A DNA stretch of 17,219 nt from Chthoniobacteraceae bacterium (GTDB lineage: Bacteria; Verrucomicrobiota; Verrucomicrobiia; Chthoniobacterales; Chthoniobacteraceae): the NCBI GenBank assembly GCA_040081625.1, contig JBEBGD010000113.1:1-17219 (forward strand). Reading direction: 5' to 3'. The position numbers were made by a program, and so were the translations under genes. Below are positions 15,890 to 17,219 of the stretch, one piece after another. Under the pieces are notes generated by a model. That model was given only the letters and a program-made list of their open reading frames with translations. It did not search any database and was not told the origin of the DNA. How positions within the stretch are numbered: the stretch's first letter is position 1; the number at the start of each line of letters is the position of its first letter.

Positions 15890-16945
15890 GTGTCCGCCTC
15901 CTCGCCCGTGAATCCGAACGAGACATCATCGCCCAACCAGCCGCCCCGGTTCGTCGAGCATCCGGGGCGTCGTCGCGCCTGGCGCGCCGGGCAGCGCAAC
16001 CTCGCGTGGGGCGTCGCGTTCCTCTTCGCCGCGCTGAGCGTGCTCGGCATCGCCCTCTTCATCGGCGGCGCGCGCGCGATGCTGCCCATGCTGCTTTGCG
16101 TCCTCAGCTTCACCGCGCTCTGGGTCCTCGCGCGGATGAAAATCTTCGGCCAGCGCAACGGCGTCTTTTTCTCCCTCGCCATCATCGCCCTGCTCGGCGC
16201 ACTCGCAGCCTTGATCGAACAAGCGTGGTCGCACCTCGCCGACCGAACGCCCGCCGAGCCGCGCGTCGCCACGAATGTGCAGATGCCCGCGACCATCCCC
16301 GCCGAGCCCGAGATCCCTTCCCTGATCGCATCGCTCGGACTCGACTCGCCCGATTCCGCCCTGCCGCGCGCCCGCGCCACGCGCGACCTCGTCACCACCA
16401 TCGGCGCAAAGAGCTACCGCATCCGCTCAGGCGACGTATTTCTTTTCTCCGATGAAAAGGGCGGCGAGATCACGCTCAGTGCCGGCGAATTCCTCGCGCG
16501 CGTGCCAGCCGACGCGATGGAACTACTCGCGCCCATGCCCGCAAAACCCGCCGCCGACGCGCCCGTCGCCGACGAAAAAACCGCGCTCGAGAAGCAAATG
16601 CTCGCGCAGGCCCTCCAGCGCGCGCAGACGGAAGCAGCGCGGCGTTACCCCGCTCTCGGCCGCGCCGGCACTCCGGAGAACCGCGCGTTCGTCGATGCCG
16701 TCACCGACTTGAATCGCCGCAAGAGCCCCATGCTCGACGATCCCGACTGGCCCATCGAGCTCGCCCAGTCGCTCGCGCAGCGGCTCGGATGGAAGGAATC
16801 TGGCGCGTTCGATGATGAGACGCCGCCCGTCGTCGAGCCGAAGCTCGCGCCGGGCACCAGGGTGCTCGCCGAGCCCGACACCCCGGAGCCCGCGCCACCC
16901 ATCGAGCCGGACATCCCGCCGCCGCCGCGCGTGCCGAGCCGCTGA
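15890..16945 (+). CDS. Membrane protein of unknown function with about 3 N-terminal TM helices, soluble domains and a Pro-rich tail
   Basis: Hydrophobic segments LAWGVAFLFAALSVLGIALFIGG, MLPMLLCVLSFTALWVL and VFFSLAIIALLGALAALI. GC3-rich codons. Start uncertain (GTG 15890 or 15908). Confidence 0.8.
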   Translation: MSASSPVNPNETSSPNQPPRFVEHPGRRRAWRAGQRNLAWGVAFLFAALSVLGIALFIGGARAMLPMLLCVLSFTALWVLARMKIFGQRNGVFFSLAIIALLGALAALIEQAWSHLADRTPAEPRVATNVQMPATIPAEPEIPSLIASLGLDSPDSALPRARATRDLVTTIGAKSYRIRSGDVFLFSDEKGGEITLSAGEFLARVPADAMELLAPMPAKPAADAPVADEKTALEKQMLAQALQRAQTEAARRYPALGRAGTPENRAFVDAVTDLNRRKSPMLDDPDWPIELAQSLAQRLGWKESGAFDDETPPVVEPKLAPGTRVLAEPDTPEPAPPIEPDIPPPPRVPSR

Positions 16946-17000
16946 GGCCACGACGCTTCATCGACAAACACGCACCGCCGCGCCAATGTGCGCGTCGCCG

Positions 17001-17219
17001 ATGCCACTGCTAAAAGACGGCTTCTCCAAAGAACTTCGCGAGCGTGTAGGCGCGAGCCTGCGCGCACTCCCGTTCGCGCGCACCGTCGATCGCGTCACCC
17101 GCCGCTGGCTGGGCAAGGGCCGCGCGCCGAGCGAAAGCCCGAACCTGCTCCCGCTGCTCATCCAGGTGCTCGCCGCCTTCTCGAAATCCGCGCGCGGCGA
17201 CGTCCTCGAGGAGGAAATC
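17001..17219 (+). CDS. 5' part of a gene running off the window, possibly with a TerB-like N-terminal domain
   Basis: Not in the ORF track. The frame MPLLKDGFSKELRERVG...LLPLLIQVLAAFSKSARGDVLEEEI is open to the window end, and the last motif resembles TerB 'A.ADG.V.EEE'. An in-frame alternative ATG is at 16986. Confidence 0.55.
   Translation, partial: MPLLKDGFSKELRERVGASLRALPFARTVDRVTRRWLGKGRAPSESPNLLPLLIQVLAAFSKSARGDVLEEEI

Overview
GC-rich bacterial window, probably Verrucomicrobiota (Chthoniobacter-like). This is inferred from protein types and the lack of Shine-Dalgarno sites. It holds about 16 plausible CDSs: a truncated beta-sandwich protein; a membrane Ser/Thr kinase with WD40-like propellers; two small secreted proteins, one apparently an internally deleted surface-protein remnant; a Gfo/Idh/MocA oxidoreductase; a CocE/NonD hydrolase; a nitrilase-family hydrolase; a secreted lectin-like protein; a minus-strand sugar cluster (Tat oxidoreductase, Tat TIM-barrel isomerase/epimerase, PMI-like cupin); a lipoprotein; a transglutaminase-like protein; an MBL-fold hydrolase; a membrane protein; and a truncated TerB-like gene. 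The most striking non-gene signal is three unrelated palindromic elements at the kinase locus. Two of them (inverted 7-mer and 8-mer tandem arrays) lie inside the kinase domain without breaking its frame, one in the activation segment. The third is a perfect 28-bp-arm REP-like palindrome just after the stop. A degenerate relative of the 8-mer element is intergenic at about 11.2 kb. No rRNA, tRNA, CRISPR array or transposase was seen.
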